From Desulfosudis oleivorans (GTDB taxonomy: Bacteria; Desulfobacterota; Desulfobacteria; Desulfobacterales; SURF-7): a stretch of DNA of 64,000 nucleotides. The stretch covers positions 159,629-223,628 of the forward strand of contig DYJD01000002.1 of the NCBI GenBank assembly GCA_020723325.1, written 5' to 3'. Positions 59,862-64,000 of the stretch are shown here, piece by piece. The number at the start of each line of letters is the position of its first letter. The first letter of the stretch is position 1. A program made the position numbers and the translations under genes. The notes under the pieces were generated by a model. The model was not told the DNA's origin. It ran no database searches and saw only the letters and a list, made by a program, of their open reading frames with translations.

Positions 59862-62147
59862 TCATTTGCTGCTCATGGTAAAGGCGCCGTTCCAATCCGG
59901 CGGCGGGGGATTCTGTTGATATTCTTCCACCCGCTTCAGCATGGTTTTACTGGGACCGTCGTCCGGTGTCATATCCAGGGCCTGTTTGAAATGATCAGCG
60001 GCGTTAGACCAGTCCCGTGAACGGTAGGCTGCCAGCCCTTTTGCATATTGGGCCACGGTCTCCAGTTTTTCCGCACTCACCGCCTCCTGAAGTCCGAGGG
60101 GTTCAAAAATGGTTATGGCCGTCAACTTGCCCACCACATTGATACTGTCGATTTCCCGGCAGACAATGTTGCTGTCCAGCCGGCTGCGCGTGGATTCGCC
60201 GATCAGGAGATAAACCCCGTAAACCTTGTTGACGCCTTCCAGGCGGGCCGCGGTATTGACCGTATCCCCCATCATGGTATAGCTCATCCGGCTCTTGGAG
60301 CCCATGTTGCCCACTACCGCCGGTCCGGTGTTCAAGCCCACGCGCATGCGCAGTTCCGGCCAGCCTCTTTCCTGCCAGCGCTCCCGCAGCGTAATCAAGC
60401 GGGTTTGCATTTCCAGGGAGGCGCTGACCGCTGTCTGGGCATTGTTCGGCAGAACATTGGGCGCACCGAAAAAAGCGATGATGGCATCGCCCTCGAATTT
60501 GTCCACCAGGCCCTCATGCTTTAAAATGATATCGGTCATTTCCGTTAAAAACTCATTCAGCAACTCCACCAGGGCCGGCGGCGACATTTTTTCCGATATG
60601 GTGGTGAATCCCTGGACATCCGAAAAAAAGGCGGTGATGTCGCGCTGCTCGCCACCCAATACAACCTTATCCGGCGAGTCGATGAGCTGCTTCACCACCG
60701 TGGGGGCCAGGTATTTGGAAAAGGTGTTCTGGATAAATCTTTTTTTGGCGGTCTCGCCGAAATATTGGTAGGCGGTTATGCTGATGTATATCAAGACAAT
60801 TGTGAGAATGGGATAGACGACACTGAGGACATAACCGAAGTTGACGAACAGCTTTTGACAGAAATATAGATATCCTCCCATCAATAGAATACTGGAAATT
60901 GCGCCAGGAATCATTCCCACCCGAGACAAGATCAGGCCTAGAGCCAAGCCGCAAAACAGAATAATGAAAAGATCAATTAATCGGAAATAGTCCGCAGGAT
61001 CCAGAAAATCTTCCCGCAAAATACTGTCGATCACATTGGCATGGATACAGGGGCCGGGAAAAACAGGAGAAAAGGGCGTGGCTACCAAGTCAAAGGTGCC
61101 GATGGCGGTGGCGCCCACGATGACAATTCTATCTTTCAATTCATCCGCAGGCACTTTATCGTTGAGGATATCGGTTACGGAAAATTGAGGGAACAGGCGG
61201 TCCTCCCCCCTGTAGTTGATCATCATGCGCCCTTTTTCATCAGTGGGTATGCAAATCCGATCACCGATACAAGTGAACAATGTTCGACCGTCGTCGCCGA
61301 TTTCTAGATAAAGCGGCTTGTCAAAATAAGCGGACAGCGCCTTTAGGGATAAAGGGGCATACAATTGGCCGTTGTATGCAAGAACCGTCTCCAGCCAGCG
61401 GACGAGGCCATCCTCGTCTGGACGGAAATTAAAATAGCCGGTGTGCCCGGCTGCGTCCGATAGCATTGCAAGCACCGGTTCCGGAAAAATTTCCACAATA
61501 TATTTAAGGTTCGGCTCAATATTGGGATTGGCCAAATGGGTGTAGGCATACTTGGAAAAACGGATATCCTCCTGTTTTTGTTTTTTCTCAGATTCATTAA
61601 GGTAAGCAAGTTTATTTACATCTTCACCCACGTGAAAAAACCAGCCGAGTACGACTTTGGCCTTGGCTTGCTTGATGGCAGTTGCTAGCAGGCGATCATT
61701 GTCTGCCTCTGACTTTAATTTTTCCAGAAACGGGTGGAACTGATCTTTGCAATGGGCCAGGCCTGCACATTTTTTTTGAATCTGCTCAATGGCCTGAACA
61801 ACCCGCTGATCCTCCGGTTCATGAAACCCGATATCAAAGGCGATCACCTTTGCCCCGGCTGCGGACAGCTTGTCCACAAGTGCGGCAATCTTGGAACGCG
61901 GCCAAGCCCAGCGGCCTTCTTTATCGATGCTTTTTTCATCAATGACCGCCATCACTACTTCCGGGCCTGGGATGATATCTCCCCTGATTAAAAAACGCGA
62001 ATCAATGGTCTTCAAATCCATGATCCGGAAAAAATTAAAAGAATCAACACGTAAAGATAAGATATAAATGATCGCGATTACCGAGCTGATGACTCCGGCG
62101 ATCAAAACAACCGTATTGCGAACAAAAAATTTGGGCAAAAGAGCCAT
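59862..62147 (-). CDS. CHASE2-sensor class III adenylate/guanylate cyclase with C-terminal TPR-like tail
   Basis: Start taken at MALLPKFFVRNTVVLIAGVISS (ATG 62147; 62177 is possible), because the upstream part of ORF 59862..62252 is repeat-derived (DTDSDPDTDPE). A periplasmic CHASE2 domain is followed by 3 TM helices. Cyclase motifs: FFSDVQGFT, KFEGDAIIAFFGAP and GDTVNTAARLEG. Confidence 0.9.
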   Translation of the reverse strand: MALLPKFFVRNTVVLIAGVISSVIAIIYILSLRVDSFNFFRIMDLKTIDSRFLIRGDIIPGPEVVMAVIDEKSIDKEGRWAWPRSKIAALVDKLSAAGAKVIAFDIGFHEPEDQRVVQAIEQIQKKCAGLAHCKDQFHPFLEKLKSEADNDRLLATAIKQAKAKVVLGWFFHVGEDVNKLAYLNESEKKQKQEDIRFSKYAYTHLANPNIEPNLKYIVEIFPEPVLAMLSDAAGHTGYFNFRPDEDGLVRWLETVLAYNGQLYAPLSLKALSAYFDKPLYLEIGDDGRTLFTCIGDRICIPTDEKGRMMINYRGEDRLFPQFSVTDILNDKVPADELKDRIVIVGATAIGTFDLVATPFSPVFPGPCIHANVIDSILREDFLDPADYFRLIDLFIILFCGLALGLILSRVGMIPGAISSILLMGGYLYFCQKLFVNFGYVLSVVYPILTIVLIYISITAYQYFGETAKKRFIQNTFSKYLAPTVVKQLIDSPDKVVLGGEQRDITAFFSDVQGFTTISEKMSPPALVELLNEFLTEMTDIILKHEGLVDKFEGDAIIAFFGAPNVLPNNAQTAVSASLEMQTRLITLRERWQERGWPELRMRVGLNTGPAVVGNMGSKSRMSYTMMGDTVNTAARLEGVNKVYGVYLLIGESTRSRLDSNIVCREIDSINVVGKLTAITIFEPLGLQEAVSAEKLETVAQYAKGLAAYRSRDWSNAADHFKQALDMTPDDGPSKTMLKRVEEYQQNPPPPDWNGAFTMSSK

Positions 62148-62180
62148 ATGTTCCTTATCTTCGGACGATGATGTCATCAA

Positions 62181-62380
62181 GGGAATTGCATGCGTTTTTT
62201 CGGGGTCGGTATCGGGGTCGGAATCGGTATCGAATTCAATCCCCTTTTTCAATACACCAAGAAGGCAAGTGGTTCATGACAGCAAGCGCCTTGACTTGTC
62301 TAAACGATTACCATTTCGACCCCGATACCGATAGCGACCCCGACCCCGACCCCGACCCCGAAAACCAAATGCGATTGCCC
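62181..62380. repeat. 200-bp hexamer-arm hairpin element with a (GACCCC)4 run
   Basis: Left arm GGGAATTGCATGCGTTTTTTCGGGGTCGGTATCGGGGTCGGAATCGGTATCGA. Right arm TCGACCCCGATACCGATAGCGACCCCGACCCCGACCCCGACCCCGAAAACCAAATGCGATTGCCC. The core differs from copies A and B. Confidence 0.85.
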
Positions 62381-62536
62381 TGGGAATGTCGTATGATCCA
62401 GTTGACCTGACTATTTTTTATAGTGTAAGATAGGTATTAAGTCAACCGTTCCATTGCTGCTTTTCAGTGTCAAAACAGGATGGTATTCAAAAACAGGCAA
62501 CCCATTTTTTCAATGATATTCTGGAATCAATAAAAT

Positions 62537-62938
62537 ATGAATGTCATGTATGCCAGCATCGCCGCCGGCTTTTTGCTGGGTTCCGGCGGCTATATTCTTT
62601 TTCATTTCTGGTTGCGTCCGATTCTCAAGTACCGCTCCATCAAACACCGGGTGGTCAAGGACATTACCGCCTATCTGAATTCCATCCATGCGGAGGTGGA
62701 AGGGGTTTTTCTCAGCAACACGGCCATTGAAAAAGTCACCTCCATGCGCCGGCATGCCACGGCCCTAACGGATTGTTACCAGGGCGCCCTGCCGGAATGG
62801 TATCGATTGTTGCTGAACAGCCGCGGTGAATCCCCGGTGGACGCGGCCAAGCATCTCCTGGGGCTGTCCAACACCCGGGATTATGAACACGCCAAAAACC
62901 GCATCAGCAAAATCAAACACACCCTGAAAATCGGCTGA
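62537..62938 (+). CDS. hypothetical N-terminally anchored protein
   Basis: 133 aa. One TM helix (ASIAAGFLLGSGGYILFHFWL) followed by a helical soluble part, with no family motif. Confidence 0.45.
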   Translation: MNVMYASIAAGFLLGSGGYILFHFWLRPILKYRSIKHRVVKDITAYLNSIHAEVEGVFLSNTAIEKVTSMRRHATALTDCYQGALPEWYRLLLNSRGESPVDAAKHLLGLSNTRDYEHAKNRISKIKHTLKIG

Positions 62939-62942
62939 TAAA

Positions 62943-64000
62943 TCAAGCCAGTTCCATTGCCGCCTCCCGCATCAGGCGGCCGATGGCCATCTTGCGGGGG
63001 CAGTGCCGCTCGGCCGCGGCATAATCCATACCGGGAATCCTGGCGCGCATTTCCACCGGGATGGCGCGGAACAATTCCCTGGCCCGCTCTTGATCGCCGT
63101 AGCTCCGGGCATACATCAGATAGCGCATGACATCCGCAACAGGTACGCAGCCGCCCAGCGGACCTTCGCAAAGCTGCGCACAGCCCGCGCAATAATCCGC
63201 CGCGGTTTCCGCCGCATATTGCTCCAGCAGGCGCCGCTCCACGGCGGCCAGACTGGTCTTGTCCAGGGCCGCGGCGATGTTGGCCATCAGAATGGTGAGG
63301 TTGGGCATCTGGGAGCAAATGCTGGCAATATTGGGGTTTTCCCAAACCGCTTTCAGCTTGGCCTGCTTATCGCTGAAGCCGCGCTGAAGGAAACGGCCGG
63401 CCAGTTGAAGCTCCGTTTCAGTGGTCGTGCCCACAGCGCCGCCCCCCTGGGTTTTCATGGCCGTCAAACCGATTCCGGCCGCCACGCAGGCATCCACGGC
63501 CTTTTTCATGGCATCGGTATGCATCAGCCGGAAGTTATAGGTCATCATGATACCGTCGATCCAGCCCAGCTTTGCCGCCGCCGCCAGACAGCTTTCCATG
63601 TTGCGGTGGGTGCTGAAACCGAACAGCCGGATTTTGCCCTTGGCCTTGGCCGCCTCGGCCCATTTGCGGGTATTTTCATTCAAATCATCGCTACTGCTGA
63701 TGCCGTGGACAAAATAAAGATCGATATAGGTGGTATTCAGACGTTCCAAGGACTGATCCAACAGCCGGCTCAGGCCCTCAGGACCTTTTTCATCTGATTT
63801 GGTCACCAGAAAAACCTTGGAACGGTCATCCGGATATTTTTTAAAATGCTGGCCCATGCCCTGCTCGCTGGCGCCGCCGCCGTAGCAATCGGCCGTGTCC
63901 CAATAGGTCACCCCCCAGCGCAGGGCTTGCTTTAATATAAGCTGGTTGGAAGGAATATCGAACATGCCCCCCAGGGAAAGGATCGAAACCTTTCTGCCGC
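62943..64000 (-). CDS. aldo/keto reductase with C-terminal Fe-S cysteine motif; 5' end runs off the window
   Basis: WGVTYWDTADCYGGGASEQGMG, LVTKS and a C-terminal CAGCAQLCEGPLGGC. The frame stays open upstream of M63965 (..GRKVSILSLGG-MFDIP), so the true start lies beyond 64000. Confidence 0.85.
   Translation of the reverse strand, partial: GRKVSILSLGGMFDIPSNQLILKQALRWGVTYWDTADCYGGGASEQGMGQHFKKYPDDRSKVFLVTKSDEKGPEGLSRLLDQSLERLNTTYIDLYFVHGISSSDDLNENTRKWAEAAKAKGKIRLFGFSTHRNMESCLAAAAKLGWIDGIMMTYNFRLMHTDAMKKAVDACVAAGIGLTAMKTQGGGAVGTTTETELQLAGRFLQRGFSDKQAKLKAVWENPNIASICSQMPNLTILMANIAAALDKTSLAAVERRLLEQYAAETAADYCAGCAQLCEGPLGGCVPVADVMRYLMYARSYGDQERARELFRAIPVEMRARIPGMDYAAAERHCPRKMAIGRLMREAAMELA

Overview
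This is a 64-kb chromosomal window at roughly 55% GC. Its gene content looks like an anaerobic, sulfate-reducer-type Desulfobacterota (Desulfobacterales-like), but that taxonomic call is inference only. I can support about 55 protein genes and found no rRNA, tRNA or CRISPR. Housekeeping blocks: a GlcD-like FAD oxidase with a CCG Fe-S protein; panC-metK-sahR-ahcY (methyl cycle with its ArsR-type regulator); an aldehyde dehydrogenase; trmO; a TetR regulator with an OYE flavoreductase; an OmpA-family protein; pyrE; an lpoB lipoprotein trio; moeA genes; and yqeY. There are also three large hybrid sensor kinases. The standout locus is 34.8-45.0 kb. There the genes of a Tat-exported, ethylbenzene-dehydrogenase/Nar-type (type II DMSO-reductase family) molybdoenzyme (alpha, gamma, beta, delta) sit inside a complete Rieske/cytochrome b6-type complex with a membrane-anchored octaheme cytochrome c. 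A giant beta-helix protein and Moco-biosynthesis genes follow it. A second notable module (55.7-62.1 kb) is a self-contained cAMP circuit: CHASE2 adenylate cyclase, SpoIID/TPR protein, CRP-type regulator, LPP20-like lipoprotein and FecR-domain protein. Accessory pockets are a decayed islet with higBA and a frameshifted PD-(D/E)XK nuclease gene (14.6-16.6 kb), and a low-GC cassette with an HHxxxDG acyltransferase (31.8-34.6 kb). Almost every longer intergenic spacer holds an unusual mosaic repeat system. It combines phase-exact heptamer arrays (GATNCGG, CAGGAGT, GCTGAAG types), hexamer arrays ((GGGGTC)n/(GGTATC)n and (GAGCAC)n) arranged as long inverted arms, and REP-like palindromes (GGGGCGGTTCGCGAACCGCCCC; GCGGCTGGAAGCCGCTCCCAC). 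These assemble into 150-440 bp nested hairpin elements. Some bracket whole genes, and some supply stop codons or Shine-Dalgarno sequences. All functional calls rest on motif-level reading of the translations. No database search was possible.
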